Origin: the human T2T-CHM13v2.0 reference genome, Homo sapiens
DNA: 64,000 bases
Strand: one strand, 5' to 3'
Assembly (NCBI RefSeq): GCF_009914755.1
Contig: NC_060926.1
In this document: positions 29,118 to 41,940 of the stretch, piece by piece
Numbering within the stretch: the first letter of the stretch is position 1
How the letters are laid out: each line of letters opens with the position of its first letter
Notes under the pieces: model-generated
Told to the model about the DNA's origin: nothing
Databases searched by the model: none
The model's input: the letters and a program-made list of their open reading frames with translations, nothing else
Made by a program: the position numbers and the translations under genes

Positions 29118-31719
29118 GGATCACTTCTTATTATAGAAAGTAGAATGTAGACTGGTGGTGTTGTAAGGACTGCTTACCTGTTCTGGTCCACAGGGCCTTC
29201 CACATACACACACATGTCCTGGTAGCTACACATACTTTCTATAAAGTTTAGGGTTATTCTAGCCTCTCATAAGAAAATTCTGGGCTTAAAACATAGCTTC
29301 AAAGTGCTGCACTGCTCCCATCACTAACAGATGGTCAAACTAAATACATGTCCATGTCAGCCTGGCTAAATTGGGTTGCAACTCCAACTCTAGAGTATCA
29401 ATTTAGCATGTGCAGAGATCTTTAATTGTTTCACAAAAAACAAAAACAAAAACCCTAGAGCTGTCTACACAATTGTCTGTAATAAATCCAAGGTCTTCTT
29501 GGAGAAACATTTTGCCTCATACTCCCAGACGGTGCTTCACTTGGTGGGAGAATTAGGACCTTCCTTTATTATTTTTAGTTTTGAGTACCTTCTTGGAGGC
29601 AAGCTATAGAAAGAAAAGTGCACAAATGATAAGCTTAGTGAGTTTTCACCAATTGAATGTCCCTGCATAACCAGCCTCCAGATTAAAAAAAGAAAAAAAA
29701 AATCTGAACATTTCCAGCACCTAGGTGACCTCCCTCATGTCCCTTCAATTCGGGAACCCCAACAGGAACTTTAGTACCTTACTGATTGTAATCTCAGCAA
29801 ATGAGCTTGCTCTACTTTTTGCCCAGTCCCATTAATTAACTCTTCTTCATTTTTAGTAACAACAGAAATGCAGATGACACGACTTCTTCATTTCTCGAAG
29901 CTATCTTCAAGGGGTTGGTAGACATGATGGGAAAACTCTTGAGTGATGCAAATGTGGCTTTTCACCTTCATGCTTGCGGAGTGACTGCTACTTCATACTC
30001 CGGAGGCATGTCCCAAAAGGATTATAATAGGGGCAGAAGGGATTGTCCTGGGGCAAGTATACAGTTGTATTGATATAGGTACCTTAGTTACAGCAGATAA
30101 AAAACTAAAATTTTCTTAGTCAAATAAGCAGAGTATTTAAATGCATTAAATGCTGGGGAAATCTATAGCTAGGAGGAAATCCTGGGTAATTAACTCTTTA
30201 AATGTCAAAAGGTAATGCGGACTTCTTTCTGTATCTACGAGTCTTACTCTCCACATCGAGTGTTACTTCTCCAACCAGAAGAATCGCTTTGTGAAATAAT
30301 TTGGGCTCTCTTTCTTGCTATTAATGGGACAACAAGGAATGGGATGGGGGAGGCAGAGGGGAAGGGGCGGTCAGTTAGGCCCAGCCCTTCATGCTGATGG
30401 GTGGGCATAAAAGGAAATGGACTGGAACCATCCATACCTTTTCAAGGAGTTGTCAACTCAAACTTAAGAAAATAATTCTAGGGATGTTAATATTTTACCC
30501 TAAGCCTTTTGATTGTGCATGAAATGGAAGTGGGTGAGGTTTAGCATGTCACTGAAATTTCCCGTTGATGCATATCTACCATTCTGAGAACTGTATCCTG
30601 CCTCTTTGATTTAGTGTGACAACTGGATTTTATTTATACAATTAATTAATGTTTGCTTGACCACTTTTTTCCAATTTCTTTCCGTAGCACATAAAAGAGA
30701 ACCTGATATAAATTTCTCTTTCAAAACAATTGACTTAGCAACTGCTGACCTTCTGTTCTGTCATTCTAAGGATTGATTGGATATTGTTGAATTGTTTCAT
30801 TCTACAGTAATTAAACATAAAATTAATTATGCTAGTAACCCATTATTTTTCTGAACCAAGGACTAAGTCATTTGTTTTCACTTGGTTACTCAGAGAATCT
30901 GCCATTAGTTGAACAGGGAAAAGGAAATTGTACTGTTGCAAACAGAAACTAAATATTTTAAGGCATATTTTAATGGCTAAAATATAATCTGAAAGCTTCT
31001 CATTTCCATATGCACAGCATATTGAATTTGTTTAATGTAATTTAGGCCATAAATCTTTTACCTTATGATATGGTCATTTAAATATTTTCTCAGGTGGCTA
31101 ATCATTTAGAAAACATGTCGAAGAAGAATATATGTTAAGAAAGAGGGGCAGGTGAATAAAACTGGAAGCATCCATAAAGCCATCATGAATCTCTAATTCT
31201 TGATTTGGTTTGCTGCTCACCTGAAATGAAATTTACTTCACAAGTCATTTCTTTGTTAGTTTTTTATAGAAAATGCTTAAAATTACCCTGATATTATGAG
31301 GATTGAATTTGGTATTGACAGGCAAACAAGTATGGCAGGACTAAATTATCAAAATGTATGTGCTGATAGAGACCAAAATAGGTTTTTACAGTTTTCATTA
31401 GTGCAGGCCATATTAATTTAATTAACTTGATTGAAGACAGTATCACTAGATGAGGCAGCAGATACCTAGCCTTGGCCTATTACTCACCCATAGGCTATAA
31501 AATGATGCACCTGACACATGGGTATGCAATCTCACATATTTCACATTTGGACTCTGCCTTTTACTGCAAGGTTCCTATGGCTTTGGAATATGTGGTGAAC
31601 TTCATCAGATGAAATTCCTGATGCTTTTTACAATTCAAGATCCCAATCAGTATTTTAAACATTGAGCAAATCCTTGGCTTATACTTTTACTTTATGCAAT
31701 TTGGACTGTCATATTTATT

Positions 31720-32400
31720 ATCTAGCCTGCTGAGCACCCTGTTTCTTTATCTGACTATTGTCCTTCCTCCTTAGTTTAGACCCCTCTCCTCCTAACCTGC
31801 TTGTGGTTCTGGTTGGGTCTGTGAATCATAATAGCCCACTGTCCTGGCCACAAGAGTGTGTGCGGGGACTAAGAGAGCCAATTAATGGCTCTTTTCAGGA
31901 TTTGTCTGGTTGGAAATAATAGAGAAGACCAGTTACCTACCCAACATCCATTCTTTCCTTTTCCCCTGTGAAGAAAATCCCATTAAAAAAATTGTGGCAG
32001 TGTTTCCATTTGAAAATATTCATCTCCTCACATTCTACTGGAGCCAAATGTATTCACGTTCCCATTTCTGGCCAATGTGATTCAAATGGAAGTCTGCAGT
32101 GTAGGGCTTCTGGAATGATATTGGTGTCCTGACAAAAGACTCAGCTGACAAGTGACTTTTGCACTTAATCTTCTTCCATTTTCTGCCTGAAACTTGCACA
32201 CCATGGACTAGGCTTAAGCCTGCTAAGAACAATGGAGTAGGAATCGACAGGACCCTGGATAATTGATAACTGGCTCAAGTAGCTGTACCAGCCTTGGTCT
32301 ACTCTGTTTCAGAATTCTTGTTATGAGAAAAATAAAACTTCTGTTTAGTTATGCTCATGTGAGTGGGTCGCTGTCATGCTCAGTAGGACATTGCCCTAAT
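31720..32400 (+). mobile_element. Old MLT1-family LTR fragment(s)
   Basis: TTCTGGCCAATGTGATTCAAATGGAAGTCTG..GGGCTTCTGGAA and CAGAATTCTTGTTATGAGAAAAATAAA; may be two adjacent pieces. Confidence 0.6.
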
Positions 32401-32734
32401 TGTTGTAATTCTTTTCCTATACTAAGGTGGCTTTGTAGAGGAGGCCAGCCTGAGAAAATGAGTCAACCTACAAAGAGCCAAGAGACCAATAGCAAGACCT
32501 GGTCTTGTGCCCTGAATTTTTACACAGCCTGGGGTTATATTATGTGAGCCTGTGCAGCCCTGCTCTGCTGAACTTTGCTAAAGTTGGTTTCTGTCACAAA
32601 TACAAGAATTCTTGGAAATATGAGAATAAAAACACACTCTACGCAACAGATATTCAAAACCTTGAATTAGTTTTTCTTAGCACTAATTCCCTATTTTCTG
32701 GGATGGGAAGGAGGAGGCCTGAGTTCTTAAGCTG

Positions 32735-32860
32735 ACAGTATAGGTTTAGGGGCTTTGGAACATCACCCAGCATTTTTGAACCTCAGTCTTCTCATCTGCG
32801 AAACAATGTGAACAGATTAGAAGTTCTCTAGGGTAGCTTCAGTTCTAAATGACTATGACT
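32735..32860 (+). mobile_element. MIR/MIR3 fragment
   Basis: TGAACCTCAGTCTTCTCATCTGCGAAA core. Confidence 0.6.
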
Positions 32861-33714
32861 CCATGCACATTTTCCACAAATATGGGCTGGAAGGGGAGGA
32901 TGTAAAATACAGAATTCAATTATGAAAGAAATGTACTCAGAGATTTACCATAAACACCTACTCCTACAGAGTAATAAAAAAAAGAAAGTTACAGCACAAG
33001 TAGAGATTTTCTGTGGATGAGGTTGCACAGGCTCTGGTTATCAGTCTATAAAGGTAGTGTGCACAGAGTTAGGGAAAGAAACAGACTTTTCCTCAGGATT
33101 AAATTACTTCTAAGCATTGATTTTTAGATCTGAAGAAGACTTTCATCCTCAAATATGAAAACTATCATACTAATAACAATAATTACAGATAACTACATAC
33201 TATCAACTCTGCTATTTTGCATGCATCATCACATTTCATCCTCAGTGATGCTTTGAGATAGAGAATCATATTATTTCCATTTTATAACTATTCGCTTTTT
33301 TTAGTTACAATCAGAATAATTCCAAATTTGTAAATAGTTAAGGCTTATTATTTGCTGTTTTCAACAAAGCAGAGAAATCTGAATATCAGTGTTGATTCCA
33401 AAGATATTTCTCCATTTTCTCACTACATATATTAAAGGAAATAATGGGCTCCAAAGGAAATGTTGATTGGGAATTAATTGTGTAACTGCCTGCAAAACAA
33501 TTTTGCCTATTAATATACCAGTGCAAGAGAGGATTTTCCTATTGTATAGATCAGTGGAAATCCAGAGGCACTCAGTGATGCAAAGTTGCATTGACCTTGG
33601 AGAAGATCTGAGATAGACAAAATCTACATATTTAAATACAAAATTGTCTTTGTAACAAATGTTGATTAGACTTAAGAGGCTTCAGGGACTGGGTTTTAAG
33701 AAGAGTAAAAATCC

Positions 33715-33925
33715 TAACATTTGTTGAGCCCCTTCTGTGGAGCAGGCATTGGGCTACATCCTCTTCACACTGCATCTCATTTAGTCACCAAGGAAGCCCA
33801 GCGTAGTAGATATAATTGATCCATTTTACAGAGGAAGAACAGAGGGACTAACTTGCTGAAGGTACACAGGTGGGAAACAGTGAAAGGGGCTGTGAGCTCA
33901 GCTCTTTCAGCTGCCAGAGTCTGAG
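33715..33925 (-). mobile_element. MIR SINE
   Basis: AACATTTGTTGAGC..CAGGCATTG, ATCCATTTTACAGAGGAAGAACAGAGG, AACTTGCTGAAGGTACACAG. Confidence 0.75.
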
Positions 33926-34816
33926 CTCTTGCAGCAGATGGGAGTGTGAGTGTCAGTTTTTCAAATTCCATGATGGGAACCCTGGAAAAATTCAGATGTC
34001 TAGTGAATGAAGGGGAAGAATGAGTTGTAGATTGTGACTGGTCTTGTATTCTGAGCAGGCAAAGAGCTGAGATTAAAGAGTTTAACCTGCGGAAAATTTG
34101 TTGTGTTGGCTACTAACCAAATCTGTTTTCATTCTCCTGGAAGCTCTGGACCCATGTTGAAAGCAGACTTCTGGTAAGTTTTCCTGAGTTGATGTCTGGG
34201 CTTTTTCCTCAAAGGAGATAGATGTGAAGCTCTTAATCTGGTTCCTTCTAGCATGGGGAGCAGAAAGTCAGAAGCCAAGATGCCCTGGCTGATCTGTTCT
34301 TCTGTCTTGAGGAAAGAGTATACGTTAAACTATTTCCATCTGATGTAAATCTGAAACACTCTCTGCGGTAAGGGAAGACAGGGGAAAAATTTCTTATCAC
34401 TCCAATTGAGGAACAAAAGAAGGTAAAATAATTACCTCAGTCCACCAAAAGGTAGAGAAATGGGTCTGGGCCCACCTGAAAGTACGGTGTGCCTTGTGTT
34501 CTCTCTCTTCTTCCCCTCTATTCAAGTAAGACCTGGAAACTCTTAAAAACCTCCGGGGAGGTAGGTAACAAACACTTTCTCTTAGTAACTCTCTAAGGCC
34601 ATCATAGTTCTTAATAACCCTTATGTAAGGATGTTTCCCCTCTAGAGCAAACATAAATCATTTGGCTGCAGGTTAATTCTATTTTCTCTCTTCTCTCTAG
34701 TGAGGAGAAAGAACAGCTGTTTACCATCTTCCCAGAGTCAAATTGAACGCACTGGAACAGAGAGGTATCAAATCACCCCCAGACTTTCATCATTCAGGCA
34801 AAATGGCATTGACATG

Positions 34817-34999
34817 TCAGTAGTTCTCAAAGTGGTTCTCTGAACAGCAGGAACAGTATCCCCTGGGAACTTGTTAGACATGCAAATTCTCAGGCCCCAC
34901 ACCAGGCCTGCTGAATCAGAAATTCAGGAGGTGGCCCCAGAAGTTGGTGTTTTAACAAGCCTTCCAGGTAATTTTCATGCTATCTGAAGTTTGGGAACT
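34817..34999. mobile_element. MER5A hAT-Charlie MITE
   Basis: CAGTAGTTCTCAAAGT ... GGGAACTTGTTAGACATGCAAATTCTCAGGCCCCAC..CTGAATCAGAAA ... AAGTTTGGGAAC. Confidence 0.88.
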
Positions 35000-35879
35000 C
35001 AATAGTTATGAATGATATCATATGTAGATATTTTGATCAGATATGGGTGACTATTACTAATAATCATTTGAATAATTCATAATGTTTTTTCTACATTTGT
35101 GTGTATGTCTGTATATAAGAATGTATATAATTATGTATTGATTTAAGTGAGATTTCTAGTTTGGAATCAGTTATTCTTGTAAGATACGGTGAAACCAGTG
35201 AGCATGAGAATTGAACCTTTGGCTCTGGCCTCATGAGTATACGACTAGAGAAAGTCTAAGAATTTCAGTTGTGTTATGACTTGTGTTAAAGAGTTATGGT
35301 CTGCAGAAAGTTTTGAGTTTCTTCCAAACATTTTAAATACTGTTGCTGTGCAATGGTAGTCCTTGCACAGTTCGTAACATCCCCGTTTCAAATCTTACTC
35401 TTTACAGAAACTCTCATGATACCATGACCAACGAGATGCTAAGCTGACATGACCCATGGGCCCTCTATAGCTTTCTTTCTAACTCTTGATAAAGTTGACC
35501 TATATTAAAGGACCTTCTCCTTGTTTTTCACTCAAGCTTAGCTTTGGGAATCTTGCCTATACTAAAGTGAGATTAATGTTTTGAAACATTACCCAGACCC
35601 CTTAATTTGTCTTGATTATTCTCAGATTGTGTTGCACAGTCAACATAATTCCTGTTCTTCCCCCACAAGCTTTAATGAGGTATAATTGACCAATAAAATT
35701 GTATAAATTTAAGATCTTCCATGTGATGATTTGATATACTTATATATCCCTATTTTTTGAAGAAGCTGAGAAAACACATCCAGGCTGCAAGACTAGGACA
35801 AAAGATTTTCCACCATTTTTATATGGGTGTACATAAGCCAGCAGGAAATCTTTGTCAACCATACCCTTTTAGGCATAGA

Positions 35880-35976
35880 TCATGTCTGTTTCGTTCACTG
35901 CAGCATAACTGTAACTAACCTTGGGCTTAGCACAGGTATGTTGTCAATGAAAACTTGCTGAAAGAATGAATGAAGG
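35880..35976 (+). mobile_element. L2 3' end
   Basis: CATGTCTGTTTCGTTCACTGC ... TTGCTGAAAGAATGAATGAA tail. Confidence 0.6.
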
Positions 35977-36639
35977 AAAACATTTTTATGACTATTTCAA
36001 TGGGGCAACTAGGAATTCTGCTTTAAATGACACCTGGAAGGATATATGAGAAATCTTGTAAAAAACTTTATAGAACCTTTTAGAACACATTCACCCAGAA
36101 GCCGATATTTTTAATCTTTAAAATGAGCATGTTCATTAGTTATAAAAAATATGTATATATATGTGCTGCTAAAATATTTGTTTTGGGATCTCAACTCAGG
36201 TCATTAAGATGTTCCAAAATATGGTATTTATCTGTTCAAATCCAACTTTTAGTAATAAATATTTGCCAAGGTAGATGTACCCTAAATATCCAACAGTTTA
36301 TTTAGCAAAATAACTTGTCTAGAATAATCAAGAGTTCTCAAAGAATTACTGGTTATGACTAAGATTGGCTATTAAGACATGAAACACATCATATTCTTTT
36401 CCAAATGTTTTGAACCCTTAATGATATACTTTTCATGTTTTTCACTTACTTGCAATTTTTTTGTCATGCATATTCTTCAAACAAAATCTTCTCTTATCAT
36501 GTTACATGTTATCTCTTTTCTTCCCCTGCTGTCAGCTTAAGATATAAAGTACTTTTTCTTTCAACAAAGTTGGGGGGGAAAGATCTTATTTTTAAACTAA
36601 CTTGGAATGGTGTAAATTTTTTTAAAAATCAAACATTGG

Positions 36640-36850
36640 TATATTGATAGCATGTACTCAACATCAGACAGTATTGTATTTCACAAATATTAACTCATTT
36701 ATTTTTCACAAGAATTAGGTACAAACACTATCCTCATTTTGCAGGAAAATTTAGGCACAGAAAGGTTAGGTGATTTTCCCAAGGTCACACAGTCAGAAAA
36801 AGAAGAACTGGGACTCAAACATAGATAGTTTGGCTATAGTCCATGTACTT
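36640..36850 (-). mobile_element. MIR SINE
   Basis: ATCCTCATTTTGCAG..AGGCACAGAAAGGTTAGGTGATTTTCCCAAGGTCACACAG..GGGACTCAAAC. Confidence 0.8.
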
Positions 36851-39800
36851 CCTATTGAACCATGAAGCCTTTCTGGGATTATGGCTCTATTTAGGTCATC
36901 CTAGGGTATTGCCTTCAATCGTGGGTTTGGGGTGGAGAGGTTCATGTTGAGGATTTATGGATTAGGAGCTGTAGCAGCTGCCCAGATTTTCAATTTTTCT
37001 GATATTAAAGTGGTGAGTTTAAAAAGCTGACATTTGTAAAAGATAATCATTTCTGAATTGGGAGGGGGGATTTTTCCACTATTTAAATGGGATTTTTACA
37101 AGCATAAATAAATCTACTGAGAAAAATGTGATGTTTTACCTGAATTGCAATTACTTTATTTTTAAAATAGAAGTTAAAAGTCTCAGAGAGAGTTGTCAAT
37201 AAGGGCTTCGGCTGGAACTAGTATGTTTGCACACACCTCCCTCTCCTTCGGCTCTTTTCCTTCACCCAACCCTGTGGAAAGTAAAAATGCCAAGAAGAAA
37301 AATGGGGAAAGTGATGCTATTAAATATAGCACAGGTGCTGTTTTCATAGGTGGTGGGAAGTTTTAGCTTTTCTATCTTTTACATTCTCTGTGGAGCTTTA
37401 TTACCATTTCTCAGAGATACACATACTGAAAGAGAGTCCAGGATTACTGGGGAATTGGGTTTTATTTACTTCACTTGTTTCAGGTAGGGGGGGAAATTGT
37501 GAAAGAGTGAGAAAACAGCAAGAGCCTACTAGATCAGTATCTGTTTTTAAAGTGGCATTCAATTGAATAAAATTTTTAGAGTGCAGGAGTAGAGTTTTCT
37601 GATTTTACTTATTTATTATGGCAAATCTTATTCAACTTTGTTATAGAAAAATCGAAAAAAGATAACTGTCATGAGTTTCAGCTTTCTTAAATCAGAACTT
37701 AATTTGGGAACTGCCCCCAAAAAATCCCCTCAAGAAAAATCTACCAATACGATTTTCAACTAAAATTGGTAAGGAAAGATATTATAAAGTATTAAAATCA
37801 TAAGGAATGCCTTTTTATTTTGAGAGAAAGTAAGGTTTTATATAATTCACCTTGCAGAGTTCAACATTTTGCAAATTAAGGCAGCAACATGTTGGAGCCT
37901 TTCCACTCAAGTCAATGGATAAAGTCTTGACCCTTAATATGTAATGAACATATGCAAATAATGGAAAATATTTTCCAACCACTGATTCCTTTGCTGATGT
38001 TACCAAAGGTCATTTCATAGTTTCAATCATTAAAGTTAGTTTTGCTTCCTTCTCTTACCTTAGTAAAAATATTCTAAATTTGTATTCAAAATCTCCATAT
38101 CCTCTTGGCTTCCAACCGAGAGCTGACGAATATTACAAAGAAGCAGTTAAAACCTGTCCATTAAAACTTATGACACTTAGACTATTTGTATACACATGAC
38201 CTTCAAGGTTATATGAAGGTAGTCCATTAATCCCTCTGTCTGGTCTTTATGTTTTCCCTTTACTCTTAAAATGAATGAAGTTGATAAGGAATAAATATCA
38301 CTAGAACCATCATGATTTTGGACCAAGTTACCTGAATTTCCTGTTTGATAATATTCTGTTGAAGAACCATTTACTGGAGGAGCCAAATGCACATGTTCAT
38401 GGTGGTGGTGAGGAGGAGGTGGTCAGGGATGGGGAAGGAAGGTGGGGGTGGGTGGGGTGGAGAGCAGTACAAAAAGAGACCACAGTGTTCTACCCCGCGC
38501 TGCTGGTGTTTTCAGATTAAGATGGGGGATTAAGGAATTTTACTCAGCAATTTGAGATGCTTTGTTAGGGACTGAGGAGATTTGAGCTGCTTTGTTCTCA
38601 AACCACATGTTAGTGAAAAAGCAAACAGGCACTTAATCCTGACAGACAGCAGAACTTGACATCAATTTGCCCCTTGGGAGGTGACCAGGAGTTCTCTATG
38701 AAGGGCTAAAATGGCCAGCCCTTGTTTTCCTGGAGCCTAATGCCAACATTCCATCCTAAACTGTATTCCTCAGCAGTGGGGCTATAACTTATTTGGTTTG
38801 ACTAACCAAGAGTTTCTAGAGACTATGGACTTTTACATTATTTTTAAAAACAAAACAAAAGACCTTTTAAAGGCAAATAACCTACAAGGTGCCAAATATT
38901 CAAAGAGTTTTCAAACATGTCTAATATTTTGGTCACTCAGTCTTGAAGTGAAATATAGAAAGGCTGAGATTCTTTTTTTTTCCTTTTGAAAATAATGGTT
39001 TCCTCTAACAATAAAATCACAGGGCAACATATCAATTTTGGAGCCCATGGTTATGAAATAAACATCAATTCTTATGTAGATGTTTGAAGGAGATTCTACT
39101 GAATAACCAGTTATATTCTAAGGTCATGTCCTTCCAAGTCACTGAAGTAGGACAAAAGCAAACAAAATGAATAGGAAAGAAATTAATGGCTTCTTCAATT
39201 GAATTTTATACATTATAAAACTTAAGTATACATAGTTAGATAGTCTGGCACACAATCTGAAATTGTGGGATAAAGGCTCACTTTTCCATCTTGAGTTTGT
39301 GCCACCCTAATCCGTTGACCAAAAGTGAACTTTTAGTGGCCTATTGATTTACTAAACGTTGGCATGCATAGGGAAGCCATTTTTAAAAATCAGAATTGAA
39401 GCAGCAAATTTATAAAACACATTTCAGAGCAAATCCTTACATTCTAAAGAGTTTCTAGTTGAATATTCAGCTTGAATCAATAGTTACTGTACTCTGGTAG
39501 GATGTAAAAATCTGCTATATCTTAATAATTAAAAAGCAAGTTTTGTCACAATTGCAAAATTGCTACATATTGCACTATTTAAACACAGAACTTTGAGTCA
39601 AGTCAAGCCTCTGCTCCTGCTCACCCTTATCTCTCCCCTGTAAACTCAAAGGAAAACTTATCTCTTTATATCGACTCTATAGGTGATTTTCTCCATTCTG
39701 CTATAAACTCAACATTTTATTCTTAAATAACCATAGAGTTGTTCAAATAATCTTTTCTTTCAGGATTGGTGCAGCCCTCTTTATGTTTACATGGCACTAA

Positions 39801-39863
39801 ACTAATTTTTAAATGACCATGAACACATGATGATAGAATATCTTTATAAGAAAGTTAATGTCA

Positions 39864-40156
39864 GCTGAGCCTGGCAGCTCACAGCTATAATCCCAGCAGT
39901 TGGGAGGATGAGGAAGGAAAATCACTTGAGCCCAGGAGTTTGAGACCAGCCTAGACAACATGGCAAAACCTCATCTGTACAAAGAATACAAAAATTAGCT
40001 GGGTGTGGTGGCATGCAACTGTAGTCCCAGCTACTCAGGAGGCTGAGTTAGGAGGATCACCTGAGCCCGGGAGGTTGAGGGTGCAGTGAGGTGAGCAGAG
40101 ATGACCCAACTGCATCCCAGCATGAGCAACAAAGTGAGAAATTGTCTTAAAAAAAT
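39864..40156 (+). mobile_element. AluJ SINE, full length
   Basis: Dimeric Alu with TCACTTGAGCCCAGGAGTTTGAGACCAGCC and GGATCACCTGAGCCCGGGAGG; degenerate TSD AAAGTTAATGTCA / AAATTTATGTCA. Confidence 0.92.
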
Positions 40157-41529
40157 TTATGTCACTTTATATTTCCAAAGAAAAATGGTTGTTTTCTATG
40201 TTGAAGCTTTAATTTGAGGAAAAAATACCTTTGCACAGGGCAATGGAATGAGCATAAAAAAGTGTTTGTATTATTAGTTGCCAATTTGGGAGATGAGACA
40301 ATTTCCAATATTTTGTATATCCTTAATTATTTATTATAAAAACCAGTGGGACAGAAATCTGAAATTTAAAATATTATAAAGAGATACTTTCATTAATTTT
40401 ATTTAAAACATTATATGCTTGGCTTTAGATGACTTCTGAGTTGTGTTGTTTCTCTCTCCTTTATGAAGGTTTACCAGGCATATTAAAAGGATCAAATACA
40501 AGGTGAAGTAAAAGCAGAAACACAATATTCATTTATTTAACTCTGGTACAGTAGAGCAAATTCAGGGTGACTCAAGGGACACAGTGTCTTGTAAAACATA
40601 TGTACTTAATATAAGGGTCATAAAACTTATTAAATTAAAAGCTAGGTTAAAAATAGGAAGAAAATTTATGCTGCTGTCTAAAATAGCAATAATTTCCCTT
40701 TGGCCTTTCCCTTTCCAAGTAATATGGGTTCTGGTCAGGAGGAAAAAAAAAAGGCAACTTATAAAATCTTCATTTTGGAGGACCAAATGCAAATCTTTGT
40801 TAACTACACCATGCATTTTAACAGGCAAGTGATACGGCTGAAAATAGAGTAGTAAGAAGATAAAATGTTTAGCCTTAAAAAGTGTACTTGTGATGAGGAT
40901 TCAAGGATATAGGTGGCATTATTCCTGAGTGCAAACAATAAACTCCATTCTTGTTAGCTGGTATCCAGGAAGAATAGCTTTAGGGTATGGGGACAGTAGA
41001 AAAAATATTAAAAAATAGTTGATTTGGCTTTGTGGCAGCAGGACAGTGAGTAGGGAGCACAAAGTGTGCATTGCTGTTCAGTCAGGGCACAGCAGTGCTT
41101 CCCTGGACAAAACCTTCCACCCTTGTCCCAGCAAAATTTGGGCTGTAACAAAATCTATGTAAGCCAGAAAATTTGAAGTGAAGATTGACCTCCTATTTGT
41201 GTCTCACTCTGCTGCCTGTGGGCCACTGGTGTAGGAAAGGACACATTACCCTTATAAACAACTTCAGGGTTTGAGAGTAAGTGTGGCCTCAACTTTGTAA
41301 GCACTTGTATTTTTTTTTAATCCATGCAGCTAAAATATATTGGGCTTGCTTGAATGTTTATTCTCAACATGATAGCCATTTTCCTACCTGGGGTTCCTAG
41401 GTATAACACCTTAGTAATTTGAAACCAAAATAAATATCAATTTCCTTCTACTGTAGTCACATGGGGGGTTGTTTGGAATTTTATCTTCACACGAAAGTCT
41501 TACGGCTGTTGAGAAGGGCTGTGCCGGTC

Positions 41530-41940
41530 ATTTATCTGTTTACTCTCAGACTCACTCTCATCCTTTCCTTGCTCTTTTGTCTTCCAGGCGGCTTAACCCT
41601 GCAAAGTACATTACCATCTGGCTTCCACAAAGGCTCTGCAAAGGGAGATGCTTTTTTAGGGAGTAGGAGAGAGGCTAGGATAGCCATTCTCCCACTCTCC
41701 CACCTGCATTGAAAGTGCTTCTGCAATGCCTACCTCTCCCCTGAGGTCTCAGACCTGCCTTCTTCTCTTTGTCCTTCTAGTCAAGGGGTGGCAGTGGCTT
41801 TACGTCTTTGCCAAACTCTTGTTGATCTCATCATCCCCATTTGGACTTTCAGTTCTTCCAACACTTTTGTAACTACCTCCCTAGATTAAATCTCTAGGTT
41901 GAACTACTTGGTAGTGATTCTGTTTTTCCTGACTAATGCC
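41530..41940 (+). mobile_element. ERVL-class LTR fragment (LTR33/LTR16-like)
   Basis: AGGGGTGGCAGTGGCTT, ACACTTTTGTAAC, ATTAAATCTCT..GTGATTCTGTTTTTCCTGACT end. Confidence 0.55.

Noticed and set aside
35185-35250. Short segment vaguely like a reversed tRNA-derived SINE head
   Set aside because: Too degenerate to call; no cloverleaf or clear A/B boxes.
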